Below are positions 9,201-17,382 of a stretch of DNA of 17,823 nt, piece by piece (within the stretch, counting starts at the first letter, position 1; every line of letters begins with the position of its first letter). This DNA is from Nitrospinales bacterium. Its GTDB lineage: Bacteria > Nitrospinota > Nitrospinia > Nitrospinales > JAJDAT01. The position numbers and the translations under genes were made by a program. The notes under the pieces are model-generated. The model did not search any database and was not told the origin of the DNA. It saw nothing but the letters and a program-made list of their open reading frames with translations. The DNA lies in NCBI GenBank assembly GCA_046757665.1, contig JBHHYO010000056.1:1-17823 (forward strand), written 5' to 3'.

Positions 9201-9462
9201 CGAGGTCCTGGCTTATGGCATACAGTACGAAATGCTCGACCCGGACGATACGCAGTTCCATTACATCATGGCCGAAATGTATGCGAAAACCCTGCGCTGT
9301 GACAAAGCCGTTCCTTACCTGGAGAAGATTTTGCAAAAGGACGATACCTACCGCGGCGCCCGGCAACTTCTCGAACGATGCCGCGAGGATGCGGTTGTCA
9401 GGCAGTCCGGCGGACGGGTTGCCGGGCGGGCAAGCTTGCCGGCAACGGAAACAAACGGTTGA
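6217..9462 (+). CDS. Fused membrane domain / spermidine-synthase-like SAM-binding domain / TPR protein
   Basis: Duplicated TM module (SGISALMYEIVWGR; SGFTALAYEVIWTR; YAINTLGA; YAFNTLGA), Rossmann domain (VLVICFGTGQT, DGRNHL, YDVITAEPPPP, LYTREYY, LKPGGIVAQW), C-terminal TPRs (ALLNLGHAFFQLGKYEE). Confidence 0.88.
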   Translation: MRRSPTVYILFLLSGISALMYEIVWGRMLALVFGHTVFSVAVVLAAFMAGLGLGSYLWGGSIDRWKNPLLVYGKIEILISVSCLALSLLFAHFAAVYSWLAFWLPEHPAVQNLTKTVLAFLLMMPPTTLMGATLPVISKYFVTNDPKLGSQVGYLYAINTLGAVCGGVLTGFVLISAFGMLQTLLLASAINLFAGVGALRIYQEAGDGPPVDYKFPWPAWRPIEWSPRGKLWVTVSFVSGFTALAYEVIWTRLLVFSIAGTVYSFSMMLAVFLLGIALGSLLAVPLLKRCADLRAALVFLQAGIGLSVLVTLYLVNDILSPPWNSYNLQEPVRVFLRYFKDSAALMLAPTLFFGASFPILTKILAGDHSHVGRGTGQNYAFNTLGAILGSLVAGFLLLPALGSQNSLMALAVVNMLAAILLFGSGNYLTAPARRGLALVLAGVVLTLPAAVPGGLLDHFFMRDSVGKRDSKKLLYFNEGLTVTVAVFRDNYGILDPEAKRLVTNGISMSASNKVASRYMKLFAHVPVLLAEQQPEEVLVICFGTGQTAGAAAVHPSVRSVEALDLSPGVVHSGTVFARENHAVLDNPKVKVILQDGRNHLLVTRKQYDVITAEPPPPRTAFTVNLYTREYYELTRKRLKPGGIVAQWVPLHSQSEKEVLMHFRTFHDVFPYVMGWMSVANEILLIGSDRPIVPDVQKIKRRLQDPGVRRALADIEIHNVYSFLGNIWFLEDQIEKLSAGQPAITDNRPSIEFYLQFPGAIQTAGLEKFVFNRAPFEEVAHRIANLTEDGRKRLKAYYEAMDFYQRGVMYGNNKILLEAVARVEDNNLFRYHLQAGEEQMARLQRRAADDPNNAEALLNLGHAFFQLGKYEESLKALRQVGGTDPRKNLGNVYMGYDYMEMGQRTKAKSYFESAVRENPRLMRSMMQEIALIDLLNKLEEDPENPGLANAAAQFFNMKNDFAKSLKFSLAVLAEHPMDRQALKNIIFSYRGLGEPGEVLAYGIQYEMLDPDDTQFHYIMAEMYAKTLRCDKAVPYLEKILQKDDTYRGARQLLERCREDAVVRQSGGRVAGRASLPATETNG

Positions 9463-9494
9463 GGGAGACCGTTGCAGAAGTATCCTTGTTTGAT

Positions 9495-9601
9495 TGTCAT
9501 TGCGAGGCGGCTCAGCCGACGAAGCAATCCAGAAAGGACCCATTCCCACCGGGCGTGGCCCGGCTGGATCGCCACGCCGCTGGTCGCGGCTCGCGATGAC
9601 A
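9495..9601. repeat. REP/RPE-like palindromic element
   Basis: TGTCATTGCGAG (9495-9506) pairs with CTCGCGATGACA (9590-9601); GCAATCCAG (9524-9532) pairs with CTGGATCGC (9564-9572); inner hairpins at 9508-9518, 9549-9563 and 9577-9589. Lies between convergent genes. Confidence 0.75.
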
Positions 9602-9628
9602 GCGAGGACGGCGAGGACGGCGAAGAAT
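9602..9628 (+). repeat. Short 9-bp tandem repeat
   Basis: GCGAGGACG GCGAGGACG GCGAAGAAT: two exact copies and one degenerate copy. Confidence 0.55.
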
Positions 9629-9667
9629 CCCGGGTTAGGCAAAGTTCTTCGGTTGAGGAGGCTGGGG

Positions 9668-10873
9668 TCAGGTTCCGAATATCATTTTGTAAACCGACTT
9701 GAGCAAATTCATCACTTTGCTTTTGAGATACCCAAACCGGTCGAACAACTTGCTGTGCGTTTGCGTCAGCAATTTCGGGATGCTCAGGTTTTCCGGGCAC
9801 CGCGGCAGGCAGTCGCCGCATTCCGTGCATTTGAAGGCGAATGCGCCGGGAAACCAGTGGTCCTTTTCTTCCAGCATGTTGTAGCGGAACCGTCCGTAAT
9901 CCACCATGTCGTAGCCTTGAAGCAGATTATGGAACCGCAGGATTTCGGGGATATTGATATTTTCGGGGCAGGGGAGGCAGTCGTTGCATAGGGTGCACAG
10001 GTCCGGCAGTGATTTCAAAGGTTCGTCCATGCGGTTTTTGATGACGCGGAATGTGTCTTCGGCGTAATCCTCCGCGCCGCCGTTCAAAATGGCGAGGTTT
10101 TGCGCAAAATGTTCCGGAGCGTGCATGCCCATGCTCAGGGTGGTTATTTCCGGATGGCTCAGGCAGAAGCGGCCGTTGAATTGTATCGGTGTCAGGGGGG
10201 CGCACAGGGTTTTGACTTTTTCGGACGGATTCCAGAGCAGACCGCCTTTTTCGTTGGGCGAAATGATGAAGATGCCCATGTCCTTTTCCGCCGCCAAGCG
10301 GACCGCCGGCAGGTTGCGCTGAAAAAAATAGTAATAATGCAGGTTCACGAAACTGAACCGGTCCGTGTTGATGGCTTTCAAGATAACGGTCAAATCGCCA
10401 TGCGTCGAAAAGCCGATGTGCCCGATCATCCCCTGTTCTTTCAGCCGGTGCAGGACATCGACCGGGCCGCCCTTTTTCATCGCCGCCTGGAGCCGCTCCT
10501 CGTTGTTGATGCCATGCCAGCCGTAAAAATCAATGAAATCGACTTGCAGGGCCTTGAGCTGTTCTTCAATCAGGGCCTGAGTTTGGTCGCCGGTCATCGG
10601 TGAGCCCTTGGTCATGATTTTGACCTGTTTTCTGGGCACCCGTAATTCCTTGAGGACCGTGCCGTAGAGATGCTCGCTTTTCATGTAGCCATGCGCCGTT
10701 TCGATATGGTTGATGCCCAAATCCAGGGCTTGCCGGGTGGTGGCCATGCAGTTTGCCACGGACTCTTTCGGCAGGTGGTTTCTCGGCGGCGTCCAGCCAT
10801 GTTTGTAACGCATCCCACCCAGTGTGATGACGGAGATCATCTCGTTGGTTTTGCCGAAGCGGCGGTATTCCAT
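9668..10873 (-). CDS. Aldo/keto reductase with C-terminal 4Fe-4S dicluster domain
   Basis: MEYRRFGKT..ISVITLGGMR, GINHIETAHGY, IGHIGFSTH, CTLCNDCLPCP and CTECGDCLPRCP. ATG 10873 preferred over TTG 10906. Confidence 0.9.
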   Translation of the reverse strand: MEYRRFGKTNEMISVITLGGMRYKHGWTPPRNHLPKESVANCMATTRQALDLGINHIETAHGYMKSEHLYGTVLKELRVPRKQVKIMTKGSPMTGDQTQALIEEQLKALQVDFIDFYGWHGINNEERLQAAMKKGGPVDVLHRLKEQGMIGHIGFSTHGDLTVILKAINTDRFSFVNLHYYYFFQRNLPAVRLAAEKDMGIFIISPNEKGGLLWNPSEKVKTLCAPLTPIQFNGRFCLSHPEITTLSMGMHAPEHFAQNLAILNGGAEDYAEDTFRVIKNRMDEPLKSLPDLCTLCNDCLPCPENINIPEILRFHNLLQGYDMVDYGRFRYNMLEEKDHWFPGAFAFKCTECGDCLPRCPENLSIPKLLTQTHSKLFDRFGYLKSKVMNLLKSVYKMIFGT

Positions 10874-11032
10874 CTTTTGTTGGGTGGGCGGTTGAGGCAC
10901 GGGCAAGCGCGGGTTTCAGTGAATATTTCGCGGGTTCGCAAATTTTCTCAATAAAATACAGTTTAACAAAAAACGCCATGCCCGGAAAGGTAAAGCGCCC
11001 GCGGACCGGGCCGGGATGGCGGGCGTTTAAGG

Positions 11033-11061
11033 TTGACAGTCCTGGGTATGACCAGTAGGAT
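11033..11061 (+). promoter_or_regulatory. Sigma70-type promoter of the PspA operon
   Basis: TTGACA (11033-11038), 17-nt spacer, TAGGAT (11056-11061), 40 nt before ATG 11102. Confidence 0.7.
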
Positions 11062-11101
11062 TTAGATTAACAGGTTATCGAAACCATTCACCCTTGGACA
11101 C

Positions 11102-11641
11102 ATGCCGCCGCAAGAAAATATTTTTTACACGATTTACAAGGGAAACGATGCCTCTCCGGTAAAGGTTTTCAGGCAAGGGGAATGGGCTCTCGAAAACGGC
11201 GTTTCATTGCGTGCCGGGATTATCGGCAAAAGCCACCGGATCATTTGCCGCGCCAACGGCGACGCATTTACGGAGTTTATCGCCTATCCCATCGAGGAAA
11301 TGACGCCGAACCCGCTGGATTATTTTCCCCTGCACGCCGGAGAAACGTATAATAAAACTTACCGTGCGGGTGGTTTGCTTTACCATCTCAACCTGCGCGT
11401 GCGCCCGGTGTTGTTTCAGACCATGAACCATTTTCTGGAGTCCGTGGGCAAGCACGGCGGGCTGGAAGTTTTGCGCTACGCATTCGACACGCGGCAACCG
11501 GAAACCAGCCCGGCTTTTACAGGCATTGCGGTGGACATTCCCGAAAACAGGTTTTACACCGTCCATACCTATCCCGAACAGGGATTTTCAATTTGCAGTA
11601 GTTCGGAAGTTCGTTCTTCCGTTGCTGTCGGAACGTTATGA
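11102..11641 (+). CDS. DUF2617-like protein
   Basis: 179 aa; IIGKSH, FTE, AFTGI and TVHTYPE motifs recalled from DUF2617; context with a DUF4178-like gene fits; ATGA overlap with the next gene. Confidence 0.6.
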   Translation: MPPQENIFYTIYKGNDASPVKVFRQGEWALENGVSLRAGIIGKSHRIICRANGDAFTEFIAYPIEEMTPNPLDYFPLHAGETYNKTYRAGGLLYHLNLRVRPVLFQTMNHFLESVGKHGGLEVLRYAFDTRQPETSPAFTGIAVDIPENRFYTVHTYPEQGFSICSSSEVRSSVAVGTL

Positions 11642-11994
11642 TTAAACGGTTATACGCCATTGCCCACAGCAGTCTTGACGACTTGTCGCGCCGACGAAAG
11701 AAGCGGGTGGACCCTCCTTTCGACTTCGAGGCTCAGGCTTCTTTCGCGAATGAGCCGGCGGAAAATACTCCCGAGCATGGCTTGGACCCTCTGGCCGGCT
11801 ATTACGCCAATCTCGAACTGCCGCCGGGCGCCGGACGTGACGAGGCGAAGCGGGCCTGGAAGCGGTTGCTGAAAAAATATCATCCGGATTTGCATTCCGC
11901 CCATCCGGAAAAAAGAAAAGTTGCCACTGAATTGACGGGTCGTTTGAACGAAGCATACCGTATCTTGGATAAGGAATTTTCTAAAAAAGGGTGA
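11638..11994 (+). CDS. Small J-domain (DnaJ class C) protein
   Basis: C-terminal J domain YYANLEL..AKRAWKRLLKKYHPD..RLNEAYRIL with intact HPD. Confidence 0.9.
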   Translation: MIKRLYAIAHSSLDDLSRRRKKRVDPPFDFEAQASFANEPAENTPEHGLDPLAGYYANLELPPGAGRDEAKRAWKRLLKKYHPDLHSAHPEKRKVATELTGRLNEAYRILDKEFSKKG

Positions 11995-12001
11995 TCTTAA
12001 A

Positions 12002-12394
12002 ATGTCGCATTTTGAAAAAGTGAAGAATTATTTGCTGGAAATGGGGTTTGTCCTGATACAGGAGGACCCTGACGAGGAACTGGTGGTGGTGAACGATGAA
12101 GACCGGGGAATCCACAACCTGGTGGTCGATTGCGAAGACCCGATCCTGATCGTCGAACAGTTGATCATCCCGCTCGCCGACGCTTCCGCGGATGTGTACA
12201 AACGCCTGTTGCAGTTGAACCGCCACCTGGTGCATGGCGCCTTTGTCCTTGACGACGACGGCAAAAACCTGTTGTTCCGGGATACCCTGCGCCTGGAAAA
12301 CCTGGACCTCAATGAACTGGAAGGAAGCATCGACGCCTTGAGCCTGGCCTTGGCGGAAAACGGTTCCGAGCTTCTTTCCTTTGTCGGCAAATAG
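12002..12394 (+). CDS. YbjN / CesT (type III chaperone fold) protein
   Basis: Acidic 130-aa protein with YKRLLQLNRHLVHGAFVLD, LLFRDTL, ENLDLNEL and a C-terminal amphipathic helix. Confidence 0.75.
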   Translation: MSHFEKVKNYLLEMGFVLIQEDPDEELVVVNDEDRGIHNLVVDCEDPILIVEQLIIPLADASADVYKRLLQLNRHLVHGAFVLDDDGKNLLFRDTLRLENLDLNELEGSIDALSLALAENGSELLSFVGK

Positions 12395-12447
12395 AATCAA
12401 CCTGTTTAGGCCGCGCCCCAACGCGGCCGTGAAAAAGGAGACACCGA

Positions 12448-13161
12448 ATGGCTGGATTATTTTCCCGCATCCTGCGGTTGGGCAAATCGGAAGCGCATTC
12501 CCTGATTGACAAAATCGAGGACCCGATTAAATTGACCGAGCAGGGTATCCGCGATCTAAAAAAGGATTTACAGCAAAGTATGCAAAGCCTGGCGCAGGTC
12601 AAGGGCATCGTGATTCGTATGCGCAACGAGGCGGAGAACCAGAAGAAGCTGGCGGCCGATTACGAGCGCAAAGCCATGGCCCTTCTGCAAAAAGGCCAGC
12701 AAGGAGCGCTGGACGCCGCGGAAGCGGAGCGGCTGGCTACGGAAGCCCTGGCGAAAAAAGAAGACTCCAGCCAGAAGGCCTTGCGCACCAGCCAGGATTT
12801 GATGAACCAGGAAAAAATGGTCAACCAACTGCAAAAAAACGTGGACAAACTGAGGAGCACGGTTCAGCGGTATGAGAATGACCTGGTAACGCTTCGCGCC
12901 CGGGCCAAAACCGCCGCCGCCACCCGGAAACTGAACGAGCAGATCGCCAAGGTGGATTCCGGCGGCACCATCGCCATGCTGGAAAAAATGAAGGCCAAGG
13001 TGGAAGAGGACGAATCGCTGGCCGAGGCTTATGGCGATATCATCGACACCGATCAAGGTGTCGACGATCAGATCAACAAAGCCCTTGAGGCCGGAACAGG
13101 TAGCTCGCCCGCAGTGTCTGACAGCCTTGCCGCGCTGAAAGCCAAAATGAAGATTTCCTGA
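12448..13161 (+). CDS. pspA: PspA/IM30 (Vipp1, ESCRT-III-like) family protein
   Basis: GLFSRIL..LIDKIEDP N-terminus, long coiled coil, LRARAKTA, LEKMKAKV, LAALKAKM; AAAAAGGAG RBS. Confidence 0.93.
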   Translation: MAGLFSRILRLGKSEAHSLIDKIEDPIKLTEQGIRDLKKDLQQSMQSLAQVKGIVIRMRNEAENQKKLAADYERKAMALLQKGQQGALDAAEAERLATEALAKKEDSSQKALRTSQDLMNQEKMVNQLQKNVDKLRSTVQRYENDLVTLRARAKTAAATRKLNEQIAKVDSGGTIAMLEKMKAKVEEDESLAEAYGDIIDTDQGVDDQINKALEAGTGSSPAVSDSLAALKAKMKIS

Positions 13162-13164
13162 ACC

Positions 13165-13713
13165 ATGGTCTTCGATTTTTTTAAAAAGAAAAAAAAGGAC
13201 GACCCGCTGGACGACCTCGATAATCTCGTCCTGTCCAAAATGAAGCCCGGCTACCTCGTGGATTATGACGACAAAACCTATACCGTTACCGGGAAAAATT
13301 ACTATCAATGGGAAGAAGGCGGGCGGACGGATGAATGGGAACTGAAACTGGGCTCGGAAACATTTTTTCTGGAACGCTCCGAAGAGGACGGCGAGGTGGA
13401 ATGGAGCTTGTGCCGGAAATTGCCCCTGTCCGCCCTCGAGGGAGATATTGCCAAACATATCATCAAGTATGAAGACCCGCCGGAAACGGTGATTTGCAAC
13501 GGTGTCACCTTCCATTTCGAGGAAGACGACATCGGCCAGTATTTCAAGGGAAGCGGTGGCGACCCCCTGTCATTTGTCGTCTGGGATTTTTGCGATGAGT
13601 CCGGGGAGCAGTCGCTCAGCATCGAACAATGGGGAGAAACAAAATTCGACGTCGCTCTGGGCTTCGAAGTCGAGGAATACCAGTTCACCAACATCCTGCC
13701 GGCGGGAGCGTAA
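13165..13713 (+). CDS. DUF4178-like protein
   Basis: Acidic beta-rich protein: MKPGYLVDYDDKTYTVTG, EWEL, PPETVICNGVTF, VVWDF, LSIEQWG; starts 3 nt after the pspA stop. Confidence 0.75.
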   Translation: MVFDFFKKKKKDDPLDDLDNLVLSKMKPGYLVDYDDKTYTVTGKNYYQWEEGGRTDEWELKLGSETFFLERSEEDGEVEWSLCRKLPLSALEGDIAKHIIKYEDPPETVICNGVTFHFEEDDIGQYFKGSGGDPLSFVVWDFCDESGEQSLSIEQWGETKFDVALGFEVEEYQFTNILPAGA

Positions 13714-13887
13714 GGCCAATCCAAACAGCCAGGCGCAAAGCGGATTTCCCTGGAAGCCGCCTCCGTCTCCCCGCCGGAAAACGGGCGGCCGTTGCCTCGG
13801 CAAAAAACAATCGACCCTGCATCCGCCGGCTACCCATGGAATTCGCCGCTGTATTCTCAAAACAAATCGAACAATGGATTGAAACTC

Positions 13888-15351
13888 ATGTTGCCTGAAA
13901 AGGTTCCGACTTACCTGACATTTGATGATGTTTTGCTGTTGCCGGGTTATTCCGCCGTACTGCCCAACGAAGTGAATGTCGCCACGCAATTGACCCGCAA
14001 CATCCGGCTGAACTGCCCGTTGGTCAGTTCGCCCATGGATACGGTGACCGAAGCCGAACTGGCAATTGCCCTGGCGCAGGAAGGCGGTATCGGAATCATT
14101 CACCGGAACATGGACCCCAACAAACAACGCAAACACATCGACCGCGTGAAACGGTCCGTCAGCATCATGATTCCGGACCCCATCACCCTGGAACCGTCGC
14201 AGAAGGTGGGACATGCCCTGCAGGTGATGAAAAAATACAATATTACCGGCATCCCCATCACCAACGAAAAGAAACTCGTGGGCATTTTGACCAACCGGGA
14301 CTTGTGGCTGGAGAACAATCATGACAGACCCATTTCGGAATTGATGACCAAAGACAACCTGATCACCATTCCGGAGGGGACGACGATCAAGGAGTCGAAA
14401 AAAATCCTTCATGAAAACCGCATCGAAAAACTTCCCGTTGTTGATGCGAAGGGTTACCTGAAAGGTTTGATAACCGTCAAGGATATCGAAAAGGCCGGCA
14501 GGTATCCGAATGCGGCCAAGGACTCACGCGGGCGTCTCCTGGTGGGCGCCGCTCTTGGAGTGGGAGGCGACTACCTCGGACCGATTCAGTCCTTCATCGA
14601 TGTTGGATTGGATGTGCTGGCCATCGACAGCGCCCATGGCCATTCACAAAAGGTGCTGGAAGCCGTCCGCGAAATCAAGACATGCTTCCCGAAACTGGAA
14701 GTCATCGGCGGCAATGTCGCCACCGCGGAGGGCGCGCTGGCGCTGATCGAAGCCGGGGCCGATGCCATCAAGGTGGGGATCGGTCCGGGCTCCATTTGTA
14801 CCACCCGCGTGGTTTCCGGAGTGGGTGTGCCCCAGGTCTCGGCGGTGGCGGAATGTTCCCGCGTCGCCGATAAAAACGGCATCCCCGTCATCTCGGACGG
14901 GGGAATCAAGTTCTCCGGCGATATCACCAAAGCCATCGCCGCCGGCGGCTACGCCGTGATGATCGGCTCGCTGTTTGCGGGAACTGACGAAAGCCCCGGC
15001 AAAAAAATCCTTTTCCAGGGGCAGAATTACAAGGAGTACCGCGGCATGGGTTCCATCGAATCCATGACGCAGGGCAGTGGCGACCGCTATTTCCAAAACC
15101 TCGAACTGTCCGACAGCAAACTGGTGCCGGAAGGGGTCGAGGCCCGCGTTCCCTACCGAGGCTCGCTTGCGTTCAACGTCCACCAGTTGCTGGGCGGACT
15201 GCGCGCCGGCATGGGCTATTGCGGATGCGCCACGATCCCGGAATTGCGCCAAAAATCCAGGTTTATCAAAATCACCTCCGCCGGATTAAAGGAAAGTCAT
15301 GTCCATGACGTGATCGTTACCAAGGAAGCTCCAAATTATAATATCGAATGA
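13888..15351 (+). CDS. guaB: IMP dehydrogenase
   Basis: [22 protein letters not shown] insert, [25 protein letters not shown]; start placed at ATG 13888 (487 aa). Confidence 0.97.
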   Translation: MLPEKVPTYLTFDDVLLLPGYSAVLPNEVNVATQLTRNIRLNCPLVSSPMDTVTEAELAIALAQEGGIGIIHRNMDPNKQRKHIDRVKRSVSIMIPDPITLEPSQKVGHALQVMKKYNITGIPITNEKKLVGILTNRDLWLENNHDRPISELMTKDNLITIPEGTTIKESKKILHENRIEKLPVVDAKGYLKGLITVKDIEKAGRYPNAAKDSRGRLLVGAALGVGGDYLGPIQSFIDVGLDVLAIDSAHGHSQKVLEAVREIKTCFPKLEVIGGNVATAEGALALIEAGADAIKVGIGPGSICTTRVVSGVGVPQVSAVAECSRVADKNGIPVISDGGIKFSGDITKAIAAGGYAVMIGSLFAGTDESPGKKILFQGQNYKEYRGMGSIESMTQGSGDRYFQNLELSDSKLVPEGVEARVPYRGSLAFNVHQLLGGLRAGMGYCGCATIPELRQKSRFIKITSAGLKESHVHDVIVTKEAPNYNIE

Positions 15352-16901
15352 GCGACGACACCCTGCACGATCAAAAAATAATCATCCTCGATTTCGGCTC
15401 CCAATACACCCAGAATATCGCCCGCAAGGTCCGCGAATGCCGGGTTTACTGCGAAATTTTCCCCTACACCATGAGCCTGCGGGAGCTGGCGCGCATCGCG
15501 CCCCGAGGCATTATCCTCTCCGGCGGACCGGCAAGCGTCCTGGACGAGTCGGCTCCCCTCTGCGACCCCGAAATTTTCAAACTTAAAATTCCCATTCTCG
15601 GTTTGTGTTACGGGATGCAGTTGATCACGCACCTCCTGGGCGGCGTGGTCAATCCCTCAACCAAAAGAGAATACGGAAAAGCCGAATTGATGGTGAGAGA
15701 GTTTTCCCATCTGTTCAAAAACGTTAAAAATAAATCCGTCGTCTGGATGAGCCACGGAGACAAGATCGTCAAACTGCCGAAGGGATTTAAATCGCCGGCC
15801 TTCACCACAAATTCTCCCATGGCGTCCCTGGAAAACCCGATCAGTAAAATCTATGGCTTGCAATTTCATCCGGAGGTGGCGCATACCGTCCCCGGCAAGG
15901 AAATTCTGGAAAACTTCCTTTACGGAATTTGCGGTTGCGATCCCGTCTGGCAAATAAAATCGTTCGCCGAATTTGCCATGGCCAGGATCAATGAACAGGT
16001 GGGCGACGGCAGAGTGTTATGCGCCATGAGCGGCGGCGTCGATTCCTCGGTCGTGGGTATGCTGATTCACAAGGCCATCGGCCCGCGCCTCACCGGAATT
16101 TTTATCGACAACGGCCTTCTGCGTTTCGGCGAAAAAGAAAAAGTGGTGCAAACGTTCCGCGACCACTTTCACATCAACCTGGTGGTGGTCGATGCGGCGG
16201 ATCGGTTTCTGAAGGCCTTGAAAGACGTGATCGACCCGGAAAAAAAACGCAAGATCATCGGCAATCTGTTTGTCCGGATTTTTGAGGAGGAGGCCAAAAG
16301 CCGCGGTGACTTCGCTTTTCTAGCCCAGGGCACCCTGTATCCCGACGTGATCGAGTCGGTATCCTTCAAGGGTCCCTCCGCCGTGATCAAGACTCACCAT
16401 AACGTGGGCGGCCTGCCGGAAAAGATGAACCTGAAATTGGTCGAACCCCTGCGCGAATTGTTCAAGGACGAAGTGCGCGCCCTGGGCCGGGAATTGGGGA
16501 TGCCGGATGAAATGATCGAACGCCAGCCGTTTCCCGGGCCGGGTCTGGCCGTCCGCATCCTGGGCGACGTTACGCCGGAGCGGGTTGCCGTTTTGAGCGC
16601 CGCCGACAAAATTATTTTACAGGAAATCAAGCAGGCCGGGTTGTATCGCCGAATCTGGCAGTCGTTCGCCGTGCTTCTGCCGATCAAGACCGTTGGCGTG
16701 ATGGGCGATTCCCGCACCTATGAAAACGTCATCGCCATCCGCGCCGTCGAAAGCATCGACGGCATGACCGCCGACTGGGTGCGCCTGCCGTATGATCTGT
16801 TGGGAACCATGTCCAACCGCATCATCAATGAAGTGAAAGGGGTCAACCGCGTCGTCTACGACATCAGTTCCAAACCACCCAGCACCATCGAGTGGGAGTA
16901 A
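15348..16901 (+). CDS. guaA: GMP synthase (glutamine-hydrolysing)
   Basis: [51 protein letters not shown] overlap with guaB. Confidence 0.98.
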   Translation: MSDDTLHDQKIIILDFGSQYTQNIARKVRECRVYCEIFPYTMSLRELARIAPRGIILSGGPASVLDESAPLCDPEIFKLKIPILGLCYGMQLITHLLGGVVNPSTKREYGKAELMVREFSHLFKNVKNKSVVWMSHGDKIVKLPKGFKSPAFTTNSPMASLENPISKIYGLQFHPEVAHTVPGKEILENFLYGICGCDPVWQIKSFAEFAMARINEQVGDGRVLCAMSGGVDSSVVGMLIHKAIGPRLTGIFIDNGLLRFGEKEKVVQTFRDHFHINLVVVDAADRFLKALKDVIDPEKKRKIIGNLFVRIFEEEAKSRGDFAFLAQGTLYPDVIESVSFKGPSAVIKTHHNVGGLPEKMNLKLVEPLRELFKDEVRALGRELGMPDEMIERQPFPGPGLAVRILGDVTPERVAVLSAADKIILQEIKQAGLYRRIWQSFAVLLPIKTVGVMGDSRTYENVIAIRAVESIDGMTADWVRLPYDLLGTMSNRIINEVKGVNRVVYDISSKPPSTIEWE

Positions 16902-16926
16902 CCCCGACCAAGGGGGAAGAGCTGTC

Positions 16927-17355
16927 TTAATACTCAATTCTGACCTTGGAACCCTTGGCGACATCCACTTTCAACTCCCGGCAGACCCTCATCAGCGTCT
17001 CCAAACTCACCCGCCGATAATTTTCCGCTTCGTACCGCTGGATTTGCTGTTCCGGCATTTTGAGTTTCCTGGCGAACTGCTTCTGGGTGTACCCGTGGGA
17101 AATTCTCGCCTGGATTAAAATCTCCGGCAAATCCTCGATGGAAGGGAGCTCCAGCCGAGTCGGTTTTTTGTCTCTTAATCTTTGGTATTCCCGGATTTCC
17201 TTTTTAAGATCGTTTATCTTGGACTTGAGGCCCTCGATCATTGCCTTATGAACGGTGGCATTTGCAAACTTCTCTTCCCGGCAGAGTTTTAAGGACCTCT
17301 CAAAATCCTTTAACCACGTTTGAGTAATTTTGAATTGTTTTTCGTTTTTGATCAT
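16927..17355 (-). CDS. XRE-family HTH protein with N-terminal coiled coil (antitoxin-like)
   Basis: MIKNEKQFKIT N-terminus; LIQARISHGYTQKQFARKLKMPEQQIQRYEAENY HTH. Confidence 0.88.
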   Translation of the reverse strand: MIKNEKQFKITQTWLKDFERSLKLCREEKFANATVHKAMIEGLKSKINDLKKEIREYQRLRDKKPTRLELPSIEDLPEILIQARISHGYTQKQFARKLKMPEQQIQRYEAENYRRVSLETLMRVCRELKVDVAKGSKVRIEY

Positions 17356-17382
17356 AATGTTACGAGACTCAGATTGAGTCCC

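Noticed and set aside
9495-9630. CRISPR array or tRNA
   Set aside because: No repeat-spacer periodicity and no tRNA T-loop or anticodon architecture.
9348-9991. Small ORFs crossing the palindrome (9378..9599, 9472..9702, 9494..9991, 9348..9830)
   Set aside because: Their peptides (CHCEAA, VIARR, SLRGG) are translations of the repeat or overlaps with real genes.
10971-11029. Overlapping imperfect GC-rich inverted repeats in the divergent promoter region
   Set aside because: Bulged stems lying upstream of the -35 box; cannot be told from chance in GC-rich sequence.
13176-13197. T/A homopolymer runs at the start of the DUF4178-like gene as a phase-variation site
   Set aside because: The frame is intact and the runs encode an FFKKKKK N-terminal motif.
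13714-13887. Purine riboswitch upstream of guaB, or a longer GuaB from 13792
   Set aside because: Only short GC hairpins; I could not recognise purine-riboswitch core motifs or a terminator. IMPDH similarity starts near ATG 13888. An Rfam scan would settle it.
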